Positions 14,870 through 27,676 of a DNA stretch of 64,000 nucleotides are shown here, one piece after another (position 1 is the first letter of the stretch; every line of letters starts with the position of its first letter). This stretch comes from the human T2T-CHM13v2.0 reference genome, Homo sapiens. The stretch lies in assembly GCF_009914755.1 (NCBI RefSeq), contig NC_060929.1. One strand, given 5' to 3'. The position numbers and the translations under genes are program-made. The notes under the pieces are model-generated. The model was not told where the DNA came from, searched no databases, and was given only the letters and a program-made list of their open reading frames with translations.

Positions 14870-16540
14870 CACTTTTCCCAGAAACAGCCACTTTTTTTTT
14901 TTTGTCAGCCATCATAGAATCTGATATTCTTCAGCGTTAAAGGGGCTTGAGAGAGGCATTTACATAATCCGTTCACTTTAGTTTCAGAAAATCAACAGGC
15001 CAGAAAGGAAACCATGTGCCATCCCAGGCTTTCCTTGGCCCTTAGGCAAACATTCCAGTGCCACGTCCCCCATCAGCCCTTGCACGCCCTGGACCCTGCC
15101 CGCTGCATCAGCCACCTCTCCACCTCAGTCTTCACACTGACCTCTCCACTTCAATCTTCACGCTGTAGCCACACAGGCCTTTAGTCCTTGCCTTGGGGCC
15201 TTCACACCTGCTTCTCTCGCTGCTCGGACAGTTTTTCATACATAGGTGCACACACCTTCTTCACTGCTCCACCTCCTATTTATTCTTTAGGTCTCAGCTC
15301 AAATGACACTTCTTAGATCACACACCATACCACCCTCTCCTGACTTTCCACCCTTTCTCTTCTGACACTTATTACGATTTGTAATTTTGTATTTACTTGG
15401 GTATTTAGTTGTTTAATGTATCTTCACTTATTAGAAGACAAGCCCTATAAGGACAAAGACCATGTTTTCCCCGCCCCTCAATTGTTTCCTCAGTGCCATA
15501 GACAGTGCCTTGTGTTTGATAGTGACAATAGTTAGCAATCATAAAGTGACAGTATCTAACATCTGTTAAAAACTTGCTAGTTCCAGGCACAGTGTCCTAT
15601 GATTTTTATATGTATTTACTCATTTAATACTTACAACAATTATCCCGTAAAGTAGGTGTGATTATTATCCCCGTTTTGCAAATAAGGAAACTGGTCAAGT
15701 CACTCACCCAAGATTATATGGCTGGAAAGTGGCAGAGTTTGTTTGTAACCCAGGCATTGACTCCAAAACCTGAACCCACAACCAGGCCATGCTACTCCTG
15801 TTAAGCACTTCATTAATATTCATTGAGAGAATAAGTGAAAAATATACCTTAATCAATTAGTAGCAAAACTGAAAACCTAAATTGTTTGATTGATAAGCCA
15901 TTTCTCTTTCTATGCAAACAGAGAGCCTCTCAGGTACCACCAGAATGCAGCAGAAAGAAAGAGAAGATTAACAAATTCATTTATTGCTGATAAGAACTAT
16001 GAGAGGGACGCTGTGATATAGATCATGAAGTGAAGTGGAAATTATTATTTTAGATTCAGGCAGGACCCAGTGGCAGGTGGAAAAAATACAGAGTCAATTG
16101 AAGAGGCCTTAAGATAAGGAATCAGATTCTCCAGAAACATCAAGTGGGTTTACAGTTATTATCATTAACAATTTAGGCAATTCTTATGCTATGGATAACA
16201 TTTTCCAAATGTGATTTTAAAGTATGAGTAATCATCAGTTTTATGAAACTGCTGCTCAGAATTCTAGGATAAAAACTCCAATAATGAGCCTTGTTCAGTT
16301 GTTCCATGGCATGTGGAACAGTTCCTAGCACATATAAGCACTCAACAGACATTTATTTAGTAATTAATGGGAAATGAACATCAACAAATCCATCAGCAAA
16401 TACTTACTAAGTACTCGTTATTAAGTCTATACAGATCAAGGCACAACAAGGCACAAAAGTAAAATGTCAGATTTCTTTTCATGGAGAGCTCATAATCCAG
16501 GTAGACCCAGAAATAACCACCACAATGAATAAAAGCTGCT

Positions 16541-16860
16541 AGCTGGGCATGGTGGCACATGCCTGTAACCCCAACACATTGGGAGTCTGAGATGAAAGGA
16601 CCGCTTGAGACCAGGAGTATGAGACCATACTAGTCAACATAGTAAGGCCCTGCCTCTACAAAAAATTTTTAAAAATCAGCTGAGCATGGTGGCCTGTGCC
16701 TGTAATTCCAGCTTCTCAGGAGACTGAGGCAGGAGGATCACTTGAGCCCAGGCGGTCGAGGCTGCAGTGAGCTATGATTGCACCTCTACATACCAGCTTG
16801 GGCAACAAAGCAAGATCCTGCCTATTAAAAATTGTTGATAAAATAAAAAATAAAAGTAAA
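16541..16860 (+). mobile_element. AluJ SINE
   Basis: Diverged Alu with J-type GGAGGATCACTTGAGCCCAGG...GAGGCTGCAGTGAGCTATGATTG. Confidence 0.88.
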
Positions 16861-17233
16861 CGCCACCATCACTGGGGAGTTGCTTTGTCCAGGGGCTCTG
16901 CCATGTCCCTCTGCATATATTAGGTCATCTTTATACTCGTAACAACTTTAAGATGATGGTACCCTTCCTCATCCCCATCTCTAGATGTTGAAACTGAGGT
17001 TTAAAGATGCTAATTTCTGTCCTAAAGACACAGAAACAAGAACTTAGTGCAGCCAGGATTTGAACTCAGGTCGGTTTGAGTCTGGAACCAATGATGCCAA
17101 ATGTCTTCATCCCTTTATTTTGAAAGCACTATCTGTGGGTGAGGCATACTAGAACTACAAGACTTTGCAGTATCAGAGGATGGGAGTGGCTACAGAGGGA
17201 TCAATGAAAGCAACATTACCCAGTCTCTCCAGG

Positions 17234-17407
17234 TCTGCATATCCTGCTTACCTGGGTATGAAACACTCCATCTCTCACCTGCCACAGTCCTGTCATTCAG
17301 GTCCCAGATTCAGTATCACTTCTGCATATGCTGCTTACTTGGGTATGAAATACTCCATCCCTCACCTGCCACAATCCTATCGTTCAAGTCCCAGATTCAG
17401 TGTCACT
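17234..17407 (+). repeat. 87-bp tandem duplication within an L2 remnant
   Basis: Copies 17234-17320 and 17321-17407; 9 substitutions; TCT at the junctions. Confidence 0.9.
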
Positions 17408-17556
17408 TCTTCCTGGAAGGCTTTTCAAACATGGTACAATTTGATTGTTTCTTCCTTTATGCTCCTTTTAGAATCCGGTGTGTTTCCTGATTATAATTCT
17501 TATCTCGCATTCTGATTACTTGTTTCCCATTAACTAGTCTTTGAGTTCCTCTAGGA

Positions 17557-17775
17557 CAGGGGTGACCAATCTTTTGGCTTCCCTGAGCCACTTTGGAAGA
17601 AGAATTGTCTTGGGCCACACATAAAATACACCAACATCAATGATGAGCTAAAAAAAAAAATTCGCAAAAAAAAAATCTCATAATGTTTTAAGAAACTTTA
17701 CACATTTGTGTTGGGACATATTCAAAGCCATCCTGGGCTGCATGTGGCTCACAGGCCACAGGTTGGACAAGCTTG
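17557..17775 (+). mobile_element. MER30 (hAT-Charlie MITE)
   Basis: CAGGGGTGACCAATCTTTTGGCTTCCCTG...GGTTGGACAAGCTTG; perfect 8-bp TSD CTCTAGGA at 17549-17556 and 17776-17783. Confidence 0.92.
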
Positions 17776-20700
17776 CTCTAGGATACAATTTTATTCTCCC
17801 AGGGCCTAGCACAGCCCCTAGCATATAGTAAGTCATTTAATAAATAAGTGTGGAACGAATGAATTTTAGGTAGAAATTGTCATCAGATGGTTCAACTAAT
17901 ATACAGCACAATTCCAAGAGAGGAGTGTATTCTTGGGCATCAGGGAAAAGGGACTTTGGAAAAGTTGAGTTGGAGGCCATGTGGCTATTAAGATATCTGT
18001 CTCCACATGCCTCGACTGACTGTGTGAGCCTTGGAAAGTTATTCTCTCTTCACTTCAGTGTTTTCATCCTTATAATTAAGATGATAAAAACTGGGTTGTT
18101 GGGAAGTTGAAATAACTTAACATGCAGGAACTCAGCAGAGTGTCTGTTCATTGTAAGTACTCAAATGTTGGCCATGGCTATAGCTGCTGCTGCTTGTCTT
18201 CTCTGAATTATTATTATGGAAATTTGGGTGAGTACAGCATTTCAGGCAGCAGGTCACTTCTGAGTAAAAGTACAGAACTATGAAGAGATCTCCTACCCTT
18301 GGATATAAAAACAATTCACAGCATTGCCAAGAAAGACTGTAGATATTCAGGGATGAGAGTGAGATTCCTATGAGCCAGAGAATCAAAAGCTCTGTAAATT
18401 AGTGAGTTCGTGATATCATGCTACGCTCCTGTTTTTAAGAGCTAGATATCAAAATAAATGGTCCAGTGTATGTGCCTGATGGCTATGTCTTTTCCACTGT
18501 ACACACAAGTAAGATTCTGCATGGTGACTATCATTTTGTTTTCAGGAAGTAGATGAATCAGCCGTTTGGTTCCCTGGGAATGTGGGCTGCTGGCTTTTAA
18601 TTCTTTTTGGGAAAGATTTCTATGTCATCAGCCATCTTGTTTATCTGGAAACATGGGACAAACGTTGGCTCTCTTTCTACCTATGTAGTCCTTTGCTAGG
18701 GTTGTACAGCTTGAGTAGAATTGGGAAAAGTGATTTGGATCCTTGTGACTGGGATTAGGGAGAATTGGTACATGAGTATACAGAATCTTTTCATTGATCT
18801 CCTTGCCTCTGACCTTGATTTAGCCACCTACTTTCAGTGGATAAGGCCCTACAGAACAAACCAACTGAAGCATACTTTAGGATAGGCCACACCTCTAATC
18901 TCATATTTATTATGACCAACTAAAAACTGCTTATCCTTCTCTTTATGTCTATTATTTAACTTTCCCCTCCTCTCTACCTTCTTTCCCTTAAGTCCTTCTG
19001 ATACACTACATGCTCCTGCCATTGTGACTATGAGTCTAAAAAGCTGGTGGCATTACCCACCTTCCCCTCCACCTTCAAAACTCACATGTACACCATGCTT
19101 TGGGCTTCTCTGATTTGGCTCACTATTTCTTCAACTTAGAACGCCCACTTTCTATTATGATCATTAAAAGATCCTGGATTTATGTGTGGGGTGGATGTAG
19201 TAACAACTGGGAAATAGCATAAAATTATTTGGTTTCTTGTATGCTGGTTTTCTTCCCAGAGGTAACCTGTTTGGTTTGACGTTTGGCTTAATGTTGTTAA
19301 TTTGACGAAGGTGGAAATGGATGGGCTAGAAATCTTTGTGGGACTAGGATAAGGCTTGAATGGTCTAATCTAGGGATTCAAACTTTCTAGTTAAGAATGT
19401 ACAACCTGTGAGGATAATTTGCATTTTATTCTACATATATCCCAATTTAACCAGCTTTCAGACTTTAAATCACCATAAGATTTTGGAAAACTTCTACTGT
19501 CTAAATACAGAATAAAGTTTTCTAAGCCAGATGAAAAAAATTGCATCATTCTTGCACCCTGCAGGCAAATGCATGTTGACTGCAAAGCTATATAAATGTG
19601 TGTTGAGTGATTTAACAGGTCTGGCTATTGAACTTGTTAAAAATGGATGTCAGGAAAGAAAAACAGCAGGTGGGTGTAGACTGGAGGAGTGGGCAATGCC
19701 TGCTGACAGAAAGAGGAGTGACAGCTGACAAGGAGGGAAGGCCCAATGGAGACTTCAGGCTCACCACGTATGGAGCAGTCTGGGGACCGAAACAAAGAAA
19801 TGAAAACAAACAGAGCACCCTACCACCTCAAGAATCCCTAAGGGAGTTATAATATGCACAAATGCTCATGATTATTAACTAGGAACCAGTTATTCTATGC
19901 CTGCTATGAGCCAGGATTCATTCCAGGAAATTAAAGAGAATAGAAAGAAGTATAAAATACAGTGCCTAGGTCTGCAAGTATTTATTACCTGTGACACTAC
20001 TATGTTGGCCAAGGAGAAGTTCTGTATATTATGCTCTTTTTATAAAAGCAGAAGCATGTATAGAAACTATTAGGATATTTTTCTTCAAAATGTTTAAAAT
20101 TCTTTAGCTGCTTACAAGAGAAATTTATTTAGTACTACTTTCTCAAAGATCCCATTTCCTGACAATGCTAATAATGGAGGCATTTCAAGATAATGACCTC
20201 ATAAAATTCACACAACTGTCTGTCTGTGCAGACTTAGACAGCACAGTCATGACCTCACTTAGGTCAGGGACAGATCTTAGCTTGATAGGGCAATGGTCAG
20301 AAATGCAGTTTGGTTTAAACAGTTTTTTCCTCTTCTCTGTTGACTCATTTAATGAAAGAAAGTGTCTCATTCAACCTGCATATTTTTTTCAAAGATTCCA
20401 CAATGATGGGGCCATGTCTCCTATGAGTTATTATACAAAATGGACACTGAGTCCTGAGGTACATTAGGAAGCCCCAAACTTATCCTTGTATTTAATTCAT
20501 TTGAACATTTTGGATATTTTATTTTATCAAGCCAGTCATTTCGAGTTGAGAAGTCCGAAGATCTTACTCATTTTAGAAAGACTAGGTTAGGGCATTTTCT
20601 CTGGGGAAAGACCTCTTCTGTAAGGGAACTTCAAGAAAGGGAGCAGATGGGCTCTGTGTCTACTGAGAGACAGGAGGATAATCAGGCAGTGACATAGCCC

Positions 20701-22500
20701 ATGGTACTGGAGAGAAAGACAAATCGCTATCCACATAATGGAAGGCATGGGGTAGGGTGAGCCAAATGGAAGGCTTATAAAGGCAGCAAGCAATGAGGAC
20801 TAGCCATTTATTTAAAATGGAAAAGGGACAAGGTATCTTTATCCCACTTTATCCCACTGTCCAACAAAATTATTTTAAAAAAAAGAGAGAGAGAGAGAGA
20901 AGATGAAGAAATTAAGAGTGGGAAAATACTACTACAACCGTTTGGCCTTTCTGGCCTCTTAAAATCTGAGGCAGGTCAGGGAAAACATGGCAAGAACACT
21001 AAACTTAAAGAGTCAGGAAATGGATGCTCAAGTGTTGTTGCTGCCTCTGACTCAGCCTTACTGTGTGACCTTGAGGACAATATTTCCCCAAACTCCACCC
21101 CAGAGCACTTACCGCTTCCCTGTAGATAAATATAAGGAAGTTAGAACAAGTCTCTACAGTTCTTTCCATTCCTGACATTCTAGGCTTTTATAATGAGCTA
21201 AAACAAGAAGCTTGTTTTTTAATGTGTGACACACCATGAAATGTATACAGAGAAGTGACCTATAAATTCTGATTAAGTGTGAATTAGATGCAAATACAAA
21301 ATGCAAGATTAGAGTGAAAAGCATTACCCCTCTGTAGGTCAGGAAGTATAATGTGGTTTCTTTGCACTATGAATAATGAATATTGTACATGCCGAAATGA
21401 GCACTGGAAAACATAGAAGGAACTAGATGCTCTTCTAGAATGGGCTTTCTTCCCTTTGGGATAGACTTTTTTTTTTTTTCCTATTTTTGCACCCATGCTT
21501 AGAGAGGACACAAACATCTCTGAGATTCTACTTGAGACAATGCGACAAGCACTTAAAGGAACACCAAATCATTTGAGTGCACAGGCAATGACACCATCTG
21601 TAGACTTATCTGATCCAGAGAACCTGAGGTGGAGCCTATAGCCTCTGGTCAGTTGGAAGCGGTGGGGAAATCTCAAGAACACTTGTCCTGAGAGAAAGAA
21701 AACTTTATCTGCTTGTTACACATGAGCCTGAGCTGAGGAAATAGACCTGGATCCAGGGAATTCGTGTTTACTGGGTGCCACAACTTGTGTTAGCACTTGA
21801 CATGATTTCTTCTATTTAAATATTAGACTAAAAACACTCTATCAGACTAGGGTTTTAAAATACTATTTCATTTTTTTGGTACCTATTTATAAAATGGGGA
21901 AACTGAGTCTTGGGGGATATTAAGGTCTTATAGACTGTAAATGGTATAATCCAAGGTTGAAAGGTTTCCTGACTCTAATGCTGGTTCTCTTTCACAATAC
22001 CTCATTGCCTTCTGGAAGTTGTAGTTCCTACCCTAGTTCTGCCTTTATTTGGCTGTGGTAATCAAAACAAATCACTTAAGTTCTTGAATCTCATTTTGTT
22101 CTTCTGTTAAATATCACAAAACCAACCAACCAACCAAAACAGTGAGAATATAGCTTTGTTATGCTTCCATGATTTGTGGATGGTCTTCACAGGCAACAAT
22201 TAATTCATGAGGAATGATGCCCACTGCTGTCATGCAACATAGTGGCCCTGGATTTTAAGGAATCCATGTATTAATACATGCAACCTGAAATCACATATGT
22301 AAATTGTATTATATACTTGCATATCTATATTGTTTTAGAGAAGAGGCTAAAGCTTTCTTGAGAGGCTTTCTGTGGCATCTATATCCCCAAATTCCTAAAA
22401 ATCATTAGGTTCTTGGCAGCTCATTAAGTGATTAGTAGGTCTCCTTATGATGTGTTATAACTCAAAACATCAGTAACCATCTGAAAGAAATTAAGGTTTA

Positions 22501-22641
22501 GGACAGGCATGGTGGTACACACCTGTAATCCCAGCATTTGGGGAGGTAAAGATGGCAGTATCGCTTGAGGCCAAGAGTTTAAGAACAGCCTGAGCAACAC
22601 AGTGAGACCCTATCTTTACAAAAAATTTAAAATTGTTATTA
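22501..22641 (+). mobile_element. FLAM (free left Alu monomer)
   Basis: Single Alu monomer with 17-bp TSD AAAGAAATTAA(G/A)GTTTA at 22484-22500 and 22642-22658. Confidence 0.88.
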
Positions 22642-23235
22642 AAAGAAATTAAAGTTTAGTACATGAAAGCAGCTGAAACTCAGAACTGACCCTTACATCA
22701 GAAACCATGTGGTATCATGGAAAGAAATCTGGCAAAGAATCAAAGATTCTGGGTCCTACTTTACTCTGCTGTGAACCCACTCCATGAATCTGGGCACATA
22801 CTTGGGCCCCCATTAGTTTGTCATTCAAAAAGAGATGCTAAGTTCCAGCCTGCCTCTCCCAAAGCACTTTTTAAAAGAATCAAATGTGATAATATGGATG
22901 AAGGCACTTTGGCAAAATATGAAGTACCCTGCAAAAGTCTGATATTAACCATGAGATATTAAAGTATCAAGTCATTTCACTAGTTGTCAACTGAGAAAAA
23001 GGGAAAATTGCAAGTTCCATCAGCAAAATTTAGAAGCCTTGCTTTTTCATTCCTTCAGCAAGGTCCTACAGCTGATATTTATGCATAAATTTTCTTGACT
23101 TTAATGAGAATTGGTTGCAAATACACCTTACAGGATTCAAATGGAGATCATCACCATTCTAGGAGCTGCTAAACAGAACATGTGGCTTCTTCTCTAGCCA
23201 AGAGTTCTCCTCTTTTATCACCTTTATTTTATGAT

Positions 23236-23428
23236 CAGTGGTTCTCAAGGAATGGTCAAGCACCAGCAGCGTGAGCATCTTCTGGGAATATGTTAGAAAT
23301 GAAAATTCTCGAGCCCCATCCCAGACCTACTGAATCAGAAATCCTGGAGGTGGAGCCCAGCAGGCTGTGTTTTAACAAACCCTTAAGAGGATTCTGATGC
23401 CCTGCACACTTAAGTGTGAGAACCACTG
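23236..23428 (+). mobile_element. MER5A (hAT-Charlie MITE)
   Basis: TIRs CAGTGGTTCTCA / TGAGAACCACTG; internal CCCAGACCTACTGAATCAGAA. Confidence 0.92.
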
Positions 23429-26400
23429 CCATAAGTGATTATCCTTGGAGAGACCTACTTTGGTCCTGGGTACTTTAAGGAAAATCGTGGGGCCCCAGTA
23501 ATCCAAACGAGTACCTCATCTAAGTCTCTGAAGGGCTGATGTTAGAGCAAAGGTTGGGCTAGTGAATGTCAATGTTAGCAAACATGGTGGGTGTGACCCA
23601 AAACATAATCAAATAGGCCTCTTAGGTTAAAGTCCTGATGTTAGGTTTGCTGGTTGAGAAGGAATACAAATGTATCTCAAGGAATGCAGTTCTCTCAAGA
23701 TTCAGAAAGTATGGATACCTTTGCCATGCCTGGCAGCTTGAAAGAAATAGCAATGTAAAGTTAAACCACGCCTATGTGAAAGTTAGCTCCATAGCAGGCT
23801 TTCTTCTCTGAGATTTGAATTTATGGAACATGATAACAAATATGAAAATAGATAATTTTTATTGAATATCATATCACTACCACTATTTTAAGTGATTTGT
23901 ATGTATTAATGGCTAACCTTTTTTCAGGTAGTTACTCCACCAAGCTCTTTGCTGGGCCCTGAAAATGTAACAGTGAACAAGAAAAAAATCTCTTTCCTCA
24001 AGGAACTCACACTTCAATGAAGGGAAATTAGAAGAAATTAGCCTATTACTGTTCAAGTTCAGGGTGTTTGCAGAGGCCTAGATGCGGCACCTACACTCAG
24101 TCTTATGTAAATAGAGGTTTCTCAAAGGAAGAAATGTATAAATTTAGACCTCTGTAGAGTGAGAGGAGTTGATCACTTTAGAGTGGAGAAACAGATTTAG
24201 GATAACTATACTCTAGATCACACAGCAAGTAAGTGATAGTGTTGGGATTTGAACTCAGGTTGGTTTCATCCAAAGCCATTGCTTTCAACCATTAAGGCAA
24301 GGGCAGAAAATGGGTTTTATCAAGCCTGTCAATTCTGACAAATTAATAATGGCTTCCAAGAATGTGGATGGTGAATACTCGGTGAGCACTGGGCTCAATT
24401 GGAAAAAAAAATGCCACGATTAATTAATAATGTCTTCCCTGGGTTCAGAGAGGAGGGTGTATGTGTCATGCATTTGCCTACCCTGCAGTACAGAGTACTG
24501 CCTCCAGGACTTAGCACGAGAGGATGAAATCTGCGGTTGTTTCTTATTCATGTAAGAGTGTCTATGACTTCAAGGAACCTTAGAGCTCAATGGCATCAGC
24601 AGGGGCTTATTATATGTTAGCAAAGGTAGCAAGTGACAGCCCAGGATGGAGCATTCAGTAAAAAAGAGAATAAAGTTTCCTGTCAAAAGAGAAGACACTA
24701 ATTAAGTTTAACAGTGAAAAACAAACAACAAAGCAATTGGTCTTACTAAGAGACTAAACTTCAAAATTTGTAAGCCAATTTCATTTTCATCTTTTACCTC
24801 TGTTAGTTCTATCAACATGGACGGCGTTAATATGACAGAATATTTGTTTGGAAATAATGGGATCCATATGTATTGAGTCAGCTTCATCACGCCCAGGGGA
24901 AACTTAAATTTTAAAATGCCACCCAAAATATATGCATTCAACATGCATAATGGCTCATCTGTTGAATAGTTGGGAAGTGATATCAATCAGAAGGATTAAG
25001 AAGATGGCTGTTTAAGGCAATGATGATAATAAATTAGTGCCAGTTTGCTTCAATATGTTTTATGGCGTCAGTAAGATGGTAGGTGAGCTCTTTGAAGTCT
25101 CGTTGAATATGGTTGTTTCTGCAGCACATTTGTTAAACCCATATATGGATTGAAATCATACTAATGACAATAACTGCTCCTATGACTCAAAAGGGAAACA
25201 AATGGATACTGTCAAGTTAGTCAGTGCTTGGAAATGGCTTCTGGATGAATTTCCTTTGCAAAAAGTCTCTTTCACTTTCCCCAGCTCACCTTCACATTTA
25301 ACCGTAATAAGCACTCTTTACTCTAGACATTTAACAGATGTTTTTAAATAACTCAGTTATTGGGTATATAAAAAGAAGAAGATGACCTCCCCAAAAGTCC
25401 CAAGGTCAGAGCTATTTGCCATCTGAGCAATTGTCCCCAGGAAGAATGTTGTGAATGATCACTTCTCTCTAACCGTGACTCAGCACAGCACACCAACCTG
25501 CACCCATTTTCAGAGGCTCACCTTGGGTTGAGGGTGACTTTGAGTATATGGGCCTCAGCAGTCACCGCCCAAGGGCTGTGCCTGCTTGTCATGCTTCTCT
25601 ATCACCCCACCCACCTGCAGCCATCAGAGAGGACCAGTTTCTCACTGATCCTCCTCCCCTGATGCATTTACATGAGAGATGGGGGAGGAGCTTTCCCCCT
25701 TGAGACTTGTTCACCTTGTTTTACTTTGGAAGACAAGATTTTACAGTACCAGGAATCAAAACATTTCTCTGATCACGTCATGCTGACCAGTGCTAAATTA
25801 TCTCTGATTCATTGTACATTTTACAGGTTATTTGAAACCTCAACAGGGGGGAAAAAAATTGATAGTATTCTGTGTAGAAGAGGCTCTGGCCACAGACCGA
25901 AAAGGACTTTATCTTTACTCATCCCTACCAGATTAGATAATCACGTGGAAAACTGTAAGAAACATCTTCAACATACAAGAAACATGCATCTTTAGTATCT
26001 TCTGTATGCAGATTCCAACATGGAGAAAGTGTTCTAGAGCCTAAGGTTTGAGGACTCCAGGTTTGAGTCCATGTTAAATGGAAGGAGGAAGAGAACCATT
26101 TAAAGGTTTGCATTTAATGCTTTTAATACATTCAGGACTCAGTAACGTCTCCTGTGCAGAGCTCCTGATCCATTCACGGCAGCAGAGACATACCAAGTCA
26201 GCACAGAGAAGATGCCTTGGCTATACAATTCATTCATGTGCCGCAGCCCTGGTTGGCTGCTGAATATAAGTCCCTAGTACATCTCTATTTTTTTTTTAGC
26301 AATATTGCTGCTGAAGCTTAGCTGTGTGCTCTCGTGTGTCCCATCCTGCTCTTTCTGCCTCAGGTGTGTGGTCTAGTTAATCCTCCATTCCATGGGAGAA

Positions 26401-27611
26401 ACATAGCCCAGGAATGCTGGTTGTGAGGAGATTTGATTTCTACTCCTACTTCTGCCATTAACTGTATGACTTTGGGCAAGGCTCTTTCCTGGTCCCAGCC
26501 CAGCCCCAGCTATTCAGCATCCATTTAGGATAGGTTGGTCTCTAAGGAGCCTTTCTAGCCCCAGCATTCAAGGACTTAGTGGAAACTAGAATTCTGGGTT
26601 CAGTTGAGTTCAGTGCCACCGGCATTTGCCGACTGACTTCCTCTTTGTCATCAAGCACCATACGGGGCACTGCAGGGGATATGTTTATATCAGAGCTCTC
26701 TCTGATACCACGGCACTCACGGGCAAAGGGAGAGTGGGATGAGAAAAACAAGTGTATTGATATACCAGTGCAGAGCAGACTATGTTGTATGCTGGAAGCA
26801 AAGTACAAATGATTATAGGGTCCAAAGGAAGCAGAAATTTCATTTATTTATGAAAAGTCAGAATAAAACTTCATGGCATTTCAGATCAGCCTTGAAAGAG
26901 AAAATTCAAACAGGATCCAGTGAAGTTTCTATAGCAACATTTACTGAGCAAATATTATGTGCCAGCCAATGTTCTGAGCACTTTGCACACAGTAACTTAT
27001 TTATTCCTCTCAGTCTTTTGAGATTAAGACTCTGGTTATCTGATTCTGTATATGAGGAAACTGAGGCATAGACTGGCTAAGGAATAGGCTTAGGCTCATG
27101 CCACAAACAAGCACAAGCACAAGGATTCAAAGCTTAGCGATCTGGTGCCTACGCCCGTCACTTAGTGTGGAGAGTCAACTGACTGTCACATAAACAAGGC
27201 CACCGAACCTGGAGGGAGGGAGACCTGACTCTGCAGATGAGCTTTGTGTCCCTGGGAAAGTCTTTTCAGCCTCTGACCTTCACGTTTCTTAACTCTGAAA
27301 TGCGAATGAAAAATAGTTTCCTCGTTGGGTTATGATGATTCAGCAAAATGGCAGGAATAAGAATAGATTTTAAATGATTAAAAGTTCTAGATGATTTTAA
27401 ATAGGAGAGAAAAGCAGAGGAGCTGATTGAGCAAATGCTGAGAGGAGGTAAAGTGTGGGACATATTTAGGGCAGAGTGATTATTCAGTATTAGGGTCTCT
27501 TCTCCACAGTTTGAGAGGTTCCCACCTGAAGTCTTGTTCCATCTCATCTCTTCCAGCTATGCCAGGCCTTGACTCTGCTCTCTCTATGTGGAGAATGACA
27601 AATCTAGTCTC

Positions 27612-27620
27612 TGTGTGTGT

Positions 27621-27676
<56 letters not shown>
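27612..27676 (+). repeat. (TG)n microsatellite
   Basis: About 30 TG units with TC and TA interruptions. Confidence 0.95.

Larger units (their letters stand above)
17234..17862 (+). mobile_element. L2 3' fragment interrupted by MER30
   Basis: GTCACTTCTTCCTGGAAGGCTTT...GGGCCTAGCACAG...AATAAATAAGTGTGGAACGAATGAAT. Confidence 0.65.

Noticed and set aside
15114-15165. 26-bp tandem duplication ACCTCTCCAC(C/T)TCA(G/A)TCTTCAC(A/G)CTG
   Set aside because: Two diverged copies with no spacer; ordinary slippage, not an array
17165-17515. 116-aa ORF with an internal repeat
   Set aside because: Produced by the 87-bp duplication in L2; no splice or homology support
24640-25200. Unique-looking AT-rich stretch, possibly a conserved element or ancient repeat
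   Set aside because: No recognisable motif or coding similarity; cannot be supported without alignments
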